DNA of 63,083 bases, the filler included. It is 12 parts of 12 records of this genome, joined end to end, with 100 filler letters (N's around TTAATTAATTAA, not from the genome) between each part and the next. Parts side by side here need not be neighbours in the genome. Positions count along the whole stretch, not along the records: positions 27,926 to 32,910 come from SRR9670534_120; positions 33,011 to 37,371 come from SRR9670534_127; positions 37,472 to 42,808 come from SRR9670534_129; 9 more parts are not named here. One strand, given 5' to 3'. The translations under genes were made by a program, and so were the position numbers. The notes below the pieces were generated by a model, which was not told the DNA's origin, made no database searches, and saw only the letters and a list, made by a program, of their open reading frames with translations. Below, piece by piece: positions 28,419 to 42,403 of this stretch; position 1 is the stretch's first letter; every line of letters starts with the position of its first letter.

Positions 28419-29112
28419 AAATTACAGCCCATACAAATTTGCCCTAACAAACAAAGGAGCATTTTTATCTCTAACAATAAACACCTTGATTGCTTCTGGA
28501 GGAGTAGGCTTAGTATCATTTTCCTTCATCTGGATGGCTGCCAATCCATCAATTGGAGGACTTGGTTTCACACCAAAGGATAATGGGCTAATGTCTGCTA
28601 TTAGCATGAGCATAGGCTTGTTATTCACTTTTGTTGGAATGAACAAGTTTATGAAGCATTTTGGGCCTATTTCAACCATTGTTCTTTGTGCTACTGGAAT
28701 TTCTTTAGTAATTATCTTTTTTCCACTTGCAACCCTTATGATCCCACTAGGAGCGCCATCTATTTGGACTTTTTTGCTCATTGTAGCAACATTAAGAAGT
28801 ACATTCCAACCAATCACATTTTCTGGAGCATCATTGTGTTTGAATAATTCTGCACCAAATGCAATTGTTGGAACCATAAATGGCCTTTCAATTGCTTTGA
28901 TTGGTGCTGGAAGAATTGGTGTAGTTTATGGTTGTGGTGCATTATTTTCATGGTGTGTAACATATGGTAGACATATCTCCTTTATTTTTGGATATTCTTT
29001 TCCATTTACATTGTTTGGAGTGTTGTATTTAATCATTGTAATTATTGCTTCTTTTTTACCTGAGACCTTGCTGAGAAAATATGAAGAGAAAGAAGTCAAT
29101 GTAATTAAATGA
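28419..29112 (+). CDS. Last exon of an MFS transporter (C-terminal six TMs), ZIFL/DHA1-like
   Basis: Hydrophobic helices with GGLGF, LNNSAP..VGTING and ALFSW. Acceptor at 28417-18. The 5' exons are missing from this contig. Confidence 0.75.
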
Positions 29113-29862
29113 AACAGATGGCGCCATCATCTTATTATAAAGATTTACATATATAATAAAATAAATAGGTTATTAATAATCAAATGATTGTTATAATTAT
29201 TGGTTAATAAAGTATTATTTAAATATCAATATTATTTATTATAAATATAAATATTATTTATAAATATTAATTATAAATAGTATTTATTTTATAAACAAAA
29301 CAGTTTGATCTATTTTTTGCACTATTAGTTTTTTTGTTTTTTTACTTTTGTTAAATACATAGTATGTATATTTATAAAGTTGAATTGAGTTTATTAATAA
29401 AATCTCTTTATTTTCTCAATATTATATATATATTTTTATTGATTATAGATTTATTAAATTTAGATTTATTGAATATATGTTTATAAAATTTTATTTATTA
29501 AGCAATATTTTATATTTATTATTAGTTATAGATTTATTGATTATAGATTTATTAAATACAGATTTATTGAATATGTATTTATACAATTTTATGAGATATT
29601 TAATAAAATGTCTTTACTTAGCAACATTTTATATTGATTATTGATTATAGATTATTATTAGAATTATAGAATATATATTTATACAATTTTATTAGATATT
29701 TATTGAATTTTGTCTATTTAGTAATATTTTATATTTATTATGGGTTATAGACTTATTGAATGTAGATTTTAAATCATTTGTTAAATATTATTAATAGTAA
29801 TATCATATATAAGAAATATGGCAAATTGTTAATTAATAACTCAATAATTTTGAAAAACGAAG

Positions 29863-30116
29863 TCACTTGTTTATTCCACCGGCAGCAAGTAGTATACCTA
29901 TCATAAGGTAAATAACAATAAAGACACAAATAGAGGTGGCGGAAAGTGCAATGGCCTTCCTTGACATTTCCTTTGCGGTTATGTAGTAACCATGCTCAGC
30001 TGCTTTGTTGGCCCTCATCATCATCAACAATACAATAACGCCAATGGGTGCTGCCAGGATGAGAGTAGCCCACGCACAGATATTGGCCATTGTTATTAAA
30101 CCTGGCCTTGGTACAC
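29863..30116 (-). CDS. Terminal exon of a CD225/dispanin (IFITM/PRRT-like) protein
   Basis: P..L..ANICAWATLILAAPIGVIVLLMMMRANKAAEHGYYITAKEMSRKA plus a second TM fits the CD225 pattern (PlG..A......G....A...S..A). Acceptor at 30117-18. Confidence 0.65.
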
Positions 30117-33100
30117 CTAAAAAAGTAATAGCAACAGTTTTGTAAAGATGAAAATATTATGTAATATGTATTTCTATAAATTAATTGAGCTAAAATTAAC
30201 TATTAATGAAATTTAACTAAAAAATGAAATTATTTAGATTAATTTAAATAAAAATAAAAATATTTAAATTAAATAAAATTATTTAAATTAAAATAAATTA
30301 AAAATGAGATTATTTAAAGTTACCAAAAAAATGAAATTATTTAAATCATAGCTTTTGATTTTAAAATAATAAAATTCAAAATCATTTCTTTATTATAATA
30401 TAAAAAAATTGTTAAAACTATTTATTTATTTAATATTTTTATTTCGTACATTTATTTGATGTTGAATCAGGTTTTGATGATGTGTCTTCAGCAATAATCA
30501 TTGGTTGTGGCCAACTCAAGATTGGGTGGATTTTTGAAACTAGCTGCACAAAGGAGTGCATCAGCCTTTCTTAATTAAAAATTAATATATTGAAAAATGA
30601 ACTTTAAATTATCAGGAAAACTGTTGAATTAAAAAAGTTTAAATTCTTTGTAATTTCTATCACTACATAATATCCTTTGTCTGTTATTTCATAACATTAT
30701 TTTATAAATTAAGAATCAGAAGAAAATAATTTTATAAAATCCTAAAAGTTTAATTAAATATACTATAATAGAAATTGAATTAAAATTTTGTGAAATGATG
30801 ACTAAATTGAATGAGAGTTTGACTAGATTAAATGTGACTAAATAAGATAAACTATATATTAAATTATTATGTGGAATAACTATACAAATTCAAATTTTAA
30901 GTTAATTATTAATTCAAATTAGTTCAAAACTGCAACAAATAATGAATGTTTAAGTAATTAGAATAACTTGCTTGGTAATTTTTTTAAACTAAAATAAAAT
31001 TTGAATTTTTCTAATTAATAAAATCAATTAATTTATCTTTTTATTAAATTCAATTACATTTCAAAAGTTGTAAAAGTGAATTAATTGTAGTAAGATATGT
31101 TTTAGTTCTTTTTTATTAATATAAATTTTAATTCTTATTTATCAAATTTTTAGTACCATGCTTAGCGTATAATTTTTTATTCTTCAGAAATAAAATCAAA
31201 TAAGCTTCAATATGATTTATAAAATGTTTTAATTGTAAAAAATACCTTTTTACCTTGAACAAATTCAATTCGGAGTTCATCTAAATAAAATGCTCTCTAC
31301 AATTATACAAGACTACTGCTAAAAAGGATAAATCAGATATATACCAAATGGTTTCCCCCTAGAACAATTGCTGTCAAAGCCAATTTTCCAAACCTTTCCA
31401 AGAAAATTAATTTCATTACATTTCTACAAAAGAAAAAGAACTCTCAAATTTAATTACGTTTTCTTAATTTAATTTATTTCCACAACAAAAATGACGAAAA
31501 TCGAAAACTTGGCGACATCTTTTGAAGGTGCATAAACTCAATTTCACTCAGATCCTTTTAGGTTCTTTCACTCCTTTGGTTTCAATACAGGTAAAATTTA
31601 CCTGGTTTTAAACAAAAACAAAGAACAATGGAAAGTATCAACAAATGGTGTTGCTTTTTTGAAGTTGGATGGCATCTTTACCTGACAGTATTAGAAGTTT
31701 ATCTTTCTCTCAAATCCTGCCAGGTAAGAAGACAGCAAACTCCCAAGAAACCAAAAAAAAGCTTTGAACCTCTTCTTTGAATCATCCCTAATTAGCCATT
31801 TATATACAATACAAGCCTATGTGAAAGTTTGCAAAGGAAATTTACATAGATAATAGACATTACATCATCCAACAAATTGCCTACAAATAACTGAGGAAAG
31901 GTAAGAGGTCAGGAGCATCCTGTGTTGATATATAGCAAATATAATTGGTAAATTTCAGGTAACAATAGGTGGATGGTTAACTCCTTAGGCAAACAGCTAA
32001 GAAAGTGACTATGTGCACACCTGGATTGCAACACCTTCTTTTATGAGAGATAATACAGGTATTGTTAAGCTGCTATTGTTAGATGGTTTATGGCTGTAAA
32101 TCCCGTTATTGATAGGCACTTCTTATTTAAGATTGTAATAGAAGCTATTATTCTTTTATTGTGCATAGATTAGGTTAAATTGGACTGTAATTACATTGGT
32201 GAAGTAATTGTAAAGGCACTGTGATGAGGAAAGGTCATAAAAGGAGGGATGCTTTGGGTAGTGATGGAAAATTGTTCATTTCAATTTAAAAATTAATAAT
32301 TAATAATTAATGATTTTATGATGACTTATAATTGTTCATGTAAATTTAATAATTAATAATCAATATTTAATAATTAATAATTTTATGAAGACTTAATAAT
32401 TAATAATTTTATGAAGACTTGAAATTTGGAGATAAACAATTAGTAATTATAAATATATTAATGTTAAATATATTTTTAATATTTTAGTATTTTGTAGTTG
32501 TTGAATTAAATTGGTAAACTTATTGAATCGTTTAGTTTTTGAGTTGATTTTATTTAGTTGTTTAGTTTTTTTTCAATATTACCATTAATTAAGTATTTAT
32601 TTACTTGCTAATTTTATTATTTGGTTTAATCTCAATTATAATTAATAATAATAATGTTTTATTGTTACTTTTTATTATTACAAATGAAATTAGGTTAAGT
32701 GTAAGTATATATTATGTTCAATAAAGTTTATTGATGAAAATAAATTAATTGTATATGTTAATAACATATTATGTTATGCTTATTATTTAAAGTTAAAGGT
32801 TGTAGCTTTTGTTCATCTTTATTACTAATATTATTATTAATAATGATATTTCTTGATTTCAAATGATCTAAATCTCTAGATAAAATTTACTAAACAACAA
32901 CATGTCGAAANNNNNNNNNNNNNNNNNNNNNNNNNNNNNNNNNNNNNNNNNNNNTTAATTAATTAANNNNNNNNNNNNNNNNNNNNNNNNNNNNNNNNNN
33001 NNNNNNNNNNCTATAGGAAATGCCATAGAGCAAAAATTATCAATATAATGGATTTTGCCATAGCAAATCCAAGATTTTAATATCTCTATACTGAGCATGA

Positions 33101-35383
33101 ATGTAGGTAGTGTAGATAATAATGCTGAATGTCACAAATATTGGTAGGCACATCACTGCTAATGAGCCATTAGTTGTAAGTCACCTGCAAAATAAGTGGC
33201 GCAAATCAACCTACCTTCAATAATAATATCATAGTATATTATACAATAATAATACTTTATATTATAATAATTGTAAAGAATAACCTCAATGATTTACGTT
33301 AGACCAAGAGGAAATGTTTGACTACAAATGTGTTAGCATATGCTTCCGAAGGGTTCCTTGCCTAATAATATAGATATACCTAATTGATTTATTATTAATA
33401 AAAGGTGGAAAGGCAAAAATCTCTTTTTTTTATTATTGAATATGCCATGCCTTACAAATAGTAATTCTACCCCGTATTTTATGGATATATTTCATTATTA
33501 TTAACATATTAAATAATAATTATAATTATATGTTATATAATGTAACTATAATTATATTATAATTATATATATAATATATATTATATAATGTAATTATAAT
33601 TATATATTATATTATATAATTATATATTATAATTATATATAATGTTATAACATTAAAGTATTTCATTATTAATAATAATAATTAGTAACATTATTATTAA
33701 ATATAATAATAACTAATTTTGTTATTATTATTAATAATAAAGCTGTGAGCAATGATTTGGCCACAACTGGAATAATAATACATTGCATGTTTGTCAATAA
33801 ATTATGAATCAAAATTTGTGACACATGTGCGTGTTCTTTGTTAAATAATAATATTGACATACATATAAATCGTTCATGCATGTGTTTTACTATAGAATAT
33901 ATTCAGTTTTGATTTTTATTTAGATAAAATCTCTTTTATTATTAACAAGAGTCAACCTAATTTTCATTATTTGCAAAGCTGAAGAACACCAGACTGTTGA
34001 ACCAAAAGTAAATTGCACCAGCCACATAATCCTAGTAAGTATAAATTGAATTTCCCATTAGACTGCCTTTTCTGCAATTGATGGAGTTTAGAGAATATTG
34101 ACATTTTCATCCATTATTTATTATGATTATGTCAAAATGGAGTGCAATAACACATTACTAAGGCCAAATAATGCCCACGAGAATTTGAATGGCGCGTTGC
34201 TAGGCGACATTTATAATCTAGGCCATTATACATATTGAATACATATAGTGCAGAAATCAATGTAACCATTGCTATCGGCTTTGGTGAACGTTATAATAAA
34301 AATACCAAAAATCTATACCATTATTATTTATCTTACAAGGGACTTCCTGTACATCAAATAAATCCATTTAAGCCAGTGATTTGAGGATAATTAGTCTAAC
34401 ATTGTCCAGCCTTGTGTGGCAGTTTAACTGATGACCTTGAATAATTTGTTCTTATATTTCAAGAATGTCTCCGATTAGTTTCTTATTATTATTATTAATA
34501 AGAATTTTTTCAAAATTACTTTATTTTTTGATATTCAATATAAGTTTTAGCATATATTGAATTGATATTGTTATAAATTATAACTTATATTCAGTTAATA
34601 TTCAATATATTATAAGTTATGATATTAATAATAAAAGAATTCTATTGCTCTTTAAAAATGGGCATTATATTTATATTACCCATTTTTAATTCATAATTTT
34701 AACAATACGATTTTAATAGCACTATATATTAATAATAATACTAATACATTATGTTGGTATATTATTATTAATAATAAGCCTATATAGTATGTATACATGC
34801 AATTGCTAACCTCTGCTAGATGTCGCCATATCATTTTATGATAAATTTTTTATCATACTATATATTACTGCTAGATTATCAATATGATTCTATTATACTA
34901 TATATTATGTATTATACTATATATGTATAATTGTTATTTTCTGGCAGATGACGCCATTTGGCGGCAAAATTACCCGCTAATTGGAGATATCCCAAAATGA
35001 CAGGCATTTGCTTGCATGCCTGTAAAACCCGTTCCTAATGATCAATTTTTTCAAGTGTGACGTAATACATTGTCCAACTCCTTATATACGTTATAATGTA
35101 AACTGCAGCTCTGTCTAAGCTTATTACCTGTAAGCAAATTCCGCCTACTACCTACCTATGTACAGGTAAATAATTCCGCATCTGCGTGAGCATTTTTTGT
35201 GAAGGCAAACGTGTTTATTCCCAATAAACGTATCACCTTTCGTGTTATGCTTTAAAAAATGCACTTGTAAATTGTTTTTTAAAATACAAAATGAATCATA
35301 CATTTTTCTACGTCACGTGATGAAGGATTGATTACATGATATTTATATCAAATTTTTATTTATAGCTTTTAAACTTTTTTGAA

Positions 35384-35903
35384 ATGTTAGCCAAATTAAA
35401 AAAGTTTCGCCATTCCTCCAAAGAACGCTCAAATCAAGTGATAAGAAAGTCCTCAACATCAAGCTTACCAATCAATACCTATGTAAATAATAATCATCAT
35501 ACTACATCGACTCCAAATCGGGAAGATTCCTTGTCATTGGCAGAAACCGAACCAGAGACAAGTTTATTTTCATTTGATTGTGGGGGAAAGAAGAGAAAAA
35601 GACCTCGTTTAAAGGGAATAAGAAGCATGCTTAAGAAACGCTTTACGAAAAGTGTTACTGAAAATCCATCAACACCAAATGCAGGAAAAAAGGAAGCTGA
35701 TCATGAATGTCCAGAGCCAATTATGCTTATTAATAACAATAGCATCAATGAATTAGATGACAAATCCCATCAGTCTGAAGAAATTGATACCAAAGATCAG
35801 ATTCCCACGACAGTACAGATAATGGAAGATGGTAAGGGCTTATTATTAATGGATGGTGGAACAAGCAGCTTGGTTTTGAATAATGAAGAGGTTGATAACA
35901 CAG
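35384..35903 (+). CDS. Probable first coding exon of an unknown protein (disordered, Ser-rich, NLS-like KKRKRPR)
   Basis: Acceptor-like tttatag shortly before the ATG, a coding-like ORF and a strong donor ACAG|GTAAGT at 35903/4. No downstream exon recognised. Confidence 0.55.
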
Positions 35904-37712
35904 GTAAGTCAGTTCTTTTCCTACTAAGAAGGTCGTTCCCACCTGTTCAGGTAACAAAAGGGATACGAACAATGAGGCTGTACTGTTAGTAGAGGATATT
36001 TTCAATAATTTTCAAGGAATATACATATGGAAACAGGCTTGTACATTCGTTGAGTGGGCATTAGCCTTGGGGGTTTATTATACGGTTTTACTGGGTACTC
36101 GATATTTAATATACCTAATAAGAATATTGGTAATTGGTAATTTTAATAATTGTATTCCAAATTAATAAGCATAATGTAGATGTAGTACAAAAGTGTTTGA
36201 GAACTAATAATATATTATTTTAAGAAATGGGGCAACTGGGGACAAATCATAACCATATGATAAGTTGTTGATTCTGCACCCCTTTTCTTTTATCTATTAT
36301 TATTAATAATTATTGATAAGTAATTTATTAATTATAAATTATTGATATATTAATTATTATTATATAACTAATAATAATAATAATAATTATTAATTATTAT
36401 ATAATTATTGATATATTAATTATTGCTATATTGATAATTTATTAATTATTGATAAGTAAATAAAGCTTTACCTAAATATATCGATTATATTTAGTAATTT
36501 AATATTCTGTTTAATAATATTTACTTACATATAATTAAATATTCATTTCTATTAGTTGCTAATTATAAATTATTACTAATAAAGACAACCTTGATTTATG
36601 CTATTCTTTATTAGCAATAATAACGATTTATCATTACAAATATAATTAATTATTATTTAATTAGCACTATTAATTTTAGCTGCATTAATAACTGTATATA
36701 ATTAATAATAATTAATCATACATGATTAGTATACTTAGTTAAAACAATTAATATTAATTAGATATTATTAATAATGATTATTCAAGTGATTTATTAGAAA
36801 TTAAAAAGGTAGTAATTATTATTAATATTATATATATTGAAAATAAGAATAACGTTAAAAGATCAATATTATTACATTATTATATAAAAGATGTAGGATA
36901 GTAACAGTACAGGCTGAAATTTACAGCTGTAATCTAATTATAAAGCAAGAAAATGCAAATTTCATAAATGCTAATGCTAATTAAATGCAAAGATCATTCT
37001 TTTTTACTACTTATGAATTCTGGATAGACTTTTACGATAACAATAATAACAATAAATCAAAATGAAAGGTAAGTGAATTTGCACAATTTGTGGTTTATGA
37101 TTTTATTAAAGTAATAGGACAATAAAGACTTTTTTTTATTAGATGTACGAAATGAAAATAACCATAATTTAATAGATAATATTTTAATAATACAATTATA
37201 ATTTTTCCTTTTACAGTGTATATTTATTAATAAAAATAATTATATTTTGTAAATGTAAATATTATAATTTTGATAATTTTTAATGTAAATATTATAATTT
37301 TAATAATTTATCAGCATCAATAAATGATTTATTATAAACCCAAGGTAATTAAAATAATTACATCTATAAATNNNNNNNNNNNNNNNNNNNNNNNNNNNNN
37401 NNNNNNNNNNNNNNNTTAATTAATTAANNNNNNNNNNNNNNNNNNNNNNNNNNNNNNNNNNNNNNNNNNNNTTAAGTGTATTAAGTGGTCCATGATAATA
37501 CCTATTGTTTGCTACTAAAATGGTTTACATCGTTAAATTATTAATAATAACATTAAATCATAACCATGATTTATGGAGTACATTCTGCATTATTAAAAAT
37601 GGTATATTATTAATATTATTACAATGTATTACTATTACTACGGCCAAAAAAAGGTCTATAGTACATGTATACTGATCAGGATAAAATATTGTCAAAAAAA
37701 AGTTCTTTCCGT

Positions 37713-40700
37713 TCACAAACTCAACAATCTTGAACGGAATTCGTCCTGGATTGTCTGAGTAGCGAAAGCGTGCTTATGCGAATTCTTGACTTTTTTGTAC
37801 ATGTTAACGACACCAAGTTGCTGCAATCGAACGCGTTGTTTTTCCGCAACCGCTGCCACCATTCCAGCACCAATTCCTGAACCATCATGAGCCAAAATCA
37901 GTTTGCACTAAAATTTAATGAATTATTAGTAAATAATGAACTATAAATGTCTATACTATAATAGTCAATTGTTATTCGAATAATAATAATAATTACTTCT
38001 GTATCCTTGACAAGTGCTTTGATATTTGCAGTCATCAAATCATGAAGTCTTGGATGAAATTTGTATAATGACCCATCAATTGCAACTGTGACCTTTGGTT
38101 TCTTGATATGTTTCAAGAGGACGCTGATGCATGCTGCCACCAATTCTGCTGCTCTATTCGATATCACTTCGCAAACGTAGTTGACGATGTGGTAATCGTC
38201 GACAGTGGCTACACTCTTTAGGTTTAACTCTTCAAATACCTCCCGTGTATTGGCAAAGTGGGTACTGTCATCGGCTTCAATCATTGACACATATCTGGTT
38301 TCGAAGGCATATTGTGTGAACAGTTCAGCTGAACCCTTTCCCTCAAAGAGAAGTCCCTCAGTGGTTAATTTCACCAAAACCTTGCGAACAATTTCACCAA
38401 GGTACATGCCACTGATTAATTTTTCAAATCTGAAACGATGTCGCTGTTACAAATCTAATTATTGTTAACATTAATAATAATAATATTAATTACTTATGCA
38501 CGCCTGCATTAGGACTTTCTACATCAACTTCTTTGTCAAATTCTGTCATGATAAAATCAATGTTGCCGTTGTCTCCAAATGCCCCCCATTCCATGTTAAT
38601 TGCTACTTGCTTGCCATTGTTTTCTGGAATGCCATCCCATTTGTCCACATTACTGATATACTCCATGTAGCAAGCATTTGTACCTGTTCCGAGAATAATA
38701 CCAATTTGGCATTCATGGTCATCCAATGCCCCTGTTACTAGCGTTCCAGTTGTGTCATTCATGATAGCAACAACGCTGATGTCCATTTCCTATGCATGTT
38801 ATGATAAGTTAATTTTTTAGTTATTGGACCTAATAAGCTTACGCCTCGTCTTTTAATGGCAAGTTCCAAATGTCTGGTAGCATTTTCATTGACACCGCCA
38901 ACAATTTTGAAGGCTTTCGTCCAGCGAAGAATGAGGCCTTCTTTTAAACTTTTTTGATGCACTGGAAAAGAAAAGGTAAACCCCAACGATAAATGTTGGT
39001 TCAAAAGATTATGATCATCCAAAAAGCCATGCAGTTTGTCAGCGATGAAGTCAAAAAGCTAAAATAGAGCATACCTAGGTAAGTCCTTGCTACAGCTAAG
39101 TACTTCAGATATTTATAAATGACAAATAATGTGTCACAAATTATTAATAATAAGGAATGAAATAGAAACCTCGCCAATGGTTCCGTTTAAAACTTTTGGT
39201 GTCAATTTAAACCCTTTGCTAACTGCTTTGGCTTTGCCATTTCTTATGCGAAGCAACATTGCTCTGAAATTAGTTCCACCAAGATCAAGAGCCAAAAAGT
39301 CGCCATTTTCTGCAAAAATATCATGTAATTTATAATAAGCACATGTTACATCATGTTGGAAAAATTATGATAATTATAACTACTAGGCCTATTAGTAGTA
39401 TTTCCTTATTATTATTCCTTATTAATAAGATGAATTTACGTCACAATATTTACCTGAACCGTCTGGTAAATCTGTTACATAGGTAACTAGCATGGGTAGA
39501 GAACTACGTGCTCTTTGGTCTTCACTTTTGCTCAACCCCATTTTCATTTCCTGCTCAAAAGTTGTCATAAGGGTTTGGAGACATCTTTCGCTTAGTTTGA
39601 AACCGTCTAAATCCTCCTCAATCTGCAAATAATTCATGGATACTTTACGATATTGATAGATGTTTTTCCCCTGCGCTTTGTGTTGTTCAAAACAGTAGCT
39701 AATAACAAAAGGCCAACAAAGTAACCCATGTTGTGCAATAAAAATGTGGTTGCTAAGGCCCTCTTTGTCAAGCTCAAAACCCTCAACATAATCTGCAGAG
39801 ATCGATAGAATGATCGAAGAAAACTTGCTTATGCAAGGCTGTATAAGAAAGGTGTGGTAGCACACCCAAAATTTGACCTAATTTTTACATTTTACTCGAA
39901 TTTCTTAAGATACTATCAGATGACTATGAACATGTGAATATTATAGAAAATTTCTATTAAAAATTAGCATTTTGCTGATGCAATAAGTTGTTTTAAGTGA
40001 TATCATATAACTTAAATGGCAAAAAGCCAAGAATTGATTATACCAACCTCATCAAAACCACGTGGCAATTGACGCGCTTACTACTGCCTTGGGTTCAGCC
40101 TACGTGAAAAACATGGCATGAGAGCAGCCACACCAGCAAGAAATCAGAATTGCCTATGTGTGTGTCTGTCTTTTTTTAGAAATGACTTCATGTTTTGCGT
40201 AGAAAACATTGAAGACTTCTAAATATTGAAAAGAAACTCACCATATCATACTATCCTCAATTTTGCGCCCGCGAGTCATGTGAAAATTACTCATACTTCA
40301 AAATACGCTTTCTCACCTATTATTATTAGTAAGAATACCCTAAATTGTATACCTAGATACTATCTATTAGATAGGTTGCACCTATGATTCACCCCAATTG
40401 GAATCAACCATATTTAGAATCCTGATTCATCTACTTCTATCAATACATGCTCGCTGAACCAGGTGTTGAGGTTCCTCAGCAATAAATTTTGCCTTATTAT
40501 AGAACTTTCAAAAATCACGTATGAATTGCAGATCCAATAAATTAAAACGCTGAACACATTACTAATAGTAACGTTGCTAACTTCAAACTTTGCGAGTTGG
40601 CATACATGATTCAAAGTCCTTTACAAATTTTAATAATATGTAGTTGTGAATCAATACGAGTACATAAGTATATGTATTTGGTATTAGTAAACGCCATCAG

Positions 40701-40936
40701 TATAGTGACAGGGTGGAAATTGCCTCATTTGCGCGGTGCAATAGTTACATTGCGCCACAATAGTTACATATTATAAGCTACTGCTTCAAACACCCCAAAT
40801 TAATTTCAAAGAGGATTTTACAAAATTTAAATGTTTACACAGCGCACCTATATGAGTAAACAACAAAACTTACCTTGGGAGCTCGGGAAAGGTGTTTTGC
40901 AGAAAGTTCTAACCTTCGTACAGCTGAGTCAGTCAT
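37713..40936 (-). CDS. HK: Hexokinase (single-domain, about 50 kDa type); six core exons 39622 to 37713 plus candidate alternative first exons (40874-40936; 40242-40244 with 40082-40099; 39649-39789)
   Basis: PMLVTYV, FLALDLGGTNFR, LGFTFSFP, RWTKAF, MNDTTGTL, ILGTGTNACYME, INMEWGAFG, FEKLISGMYLGEIVR, VAIDGSLY and DGSGIGA. All core introns are canonical. The 5' exons are inferred from splice signals and phase. Confidence 0.92.
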
Positions 40937-41096
40937 ATTTCAAAAGGCAATAATAAACTAATAATAATTGGTTATTTGAAAGAAAATTGTAAACAGGGTA
41001 AGAAAAGAGCTCTCAACCAGTATGATGGCAAATAATAATGGCAAAGAAAGAAGGAGTGGTGTATGAATATGTCAATAATTATACATCACTAAAGCA

Positions 41097-41157
41097 GTGG
41101 GCGGAGCTAAAACCGGTATAGTTTGTATGGTAACCATAACAAAAATTAATGACGTCA
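41097..41157 (-). promoter_or_regulatory. GC box (GGGCGG) and CRE (TGACGTCA, 41150-41157) upstream of the distal hexokinase exon
   Basis: Exact motifs lie about 160-220 bp 5' of the ATG at 40936 in a CpG-containing patch. Confidence 0.35.
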
Positions 41158-42403
41158 ATTCAGCCACAGCAGCTGCAGACGTACACACCCTGATTTGTGT
41201 TGGCATTGATCCAAGTATCGATTTTCTTCTTTAAACATAACCCTACCACGCCACTCATGCAATCAATCAAATAAATACCACACCAGTAAGAAGTATAGCT
41301 AGCAGAAAATTATAATATTCGTATTATACGTATTATTATTATCATGAGCTATAATTGCACACGGTTTCTTCCTTGCCTACGCAAAGCCCTATGTAAACTC
41401 TGTATTGTATTTTTAGTCATGGCTGCTAACGTAGTAAACTCTACAAAGTAGGATGAGTACACAAATGCCTCCCTAATTTGTCATGGGGAAAAATAGCAAT
41501 ATAGTGACGCATCTCCAATTTAATCAAAAATGTTAGTGACATCAATAGTGTAATTGAATTTATTTCATAATAAAAAATTGAAGTGCACGGGTGTTGTCTA
41601 CAGCTGGGAAAAAGACCACATATGAAATGTGTATTTTAAATGTTAGGCCACCTAATATTACGGTAAAATTGTTTCTCATTCACACTTTCCATTCATAAGA
41701 ATGTCGTGGCATTAGCTATTGATCACATCCCTACATTCCTTCCTGCTGTTATTAAAATAAATAAGCAAATAATCTCAAAAAATTCCATTAGACGTCTGAT
41801 TATACAGCATTAATAATAAATGACAGTTTTTTTACTGCAGTAATCATAAAATTTTTTGGAGAGATTTGTCAGTCTAGACAAAGCTTTTAATAAATATTCC
41901 ACAAATATTAAATAATTTAATGGTAAAAAATGATCTTATTAATAATAACGTTACAGTGCAGCTTTTTTAGTGGTAGTTATACTATAACTGTTATAGTAAC
42001 TACATGTAATAAAAAGTGACTGATTTTTTATCGAAAACTGCAAATTGCTACTGTCTGTCAGACACGTAGAATGATTCTGCTAGAATTATACCATGATATT
42101 GTTAATTTAGTAATAATATATGATATCTAAAAACTTGTTTGTATGCATTTGCAAAATAAATAAAATTTAATAATGGTGTTTATACAACAGTAATGTTAAT
42201 AATAAAGAGGTTATTGAATTAATAATAATAAATAAAATATTGATATGAAACTTTCATAATGAAAGTTCAAAACGAAATTTCAAAAATTCATAATGAAATT
42301 TTTATAAAGTTATTATATATTTTAACAATGTTGTAAATTATTACAACATCAATATTATTATTTGCAAATTGCAAGTTTACACTGTTGGCAAACTGTAATT
42401 ATT

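Noticed and set aside
30470-32280. CpG-poor patches of higher complexity that may be a decayed element or upstream dispanin exons
   Set aside because: No convincing protein motif or open exon could be read on either strand.
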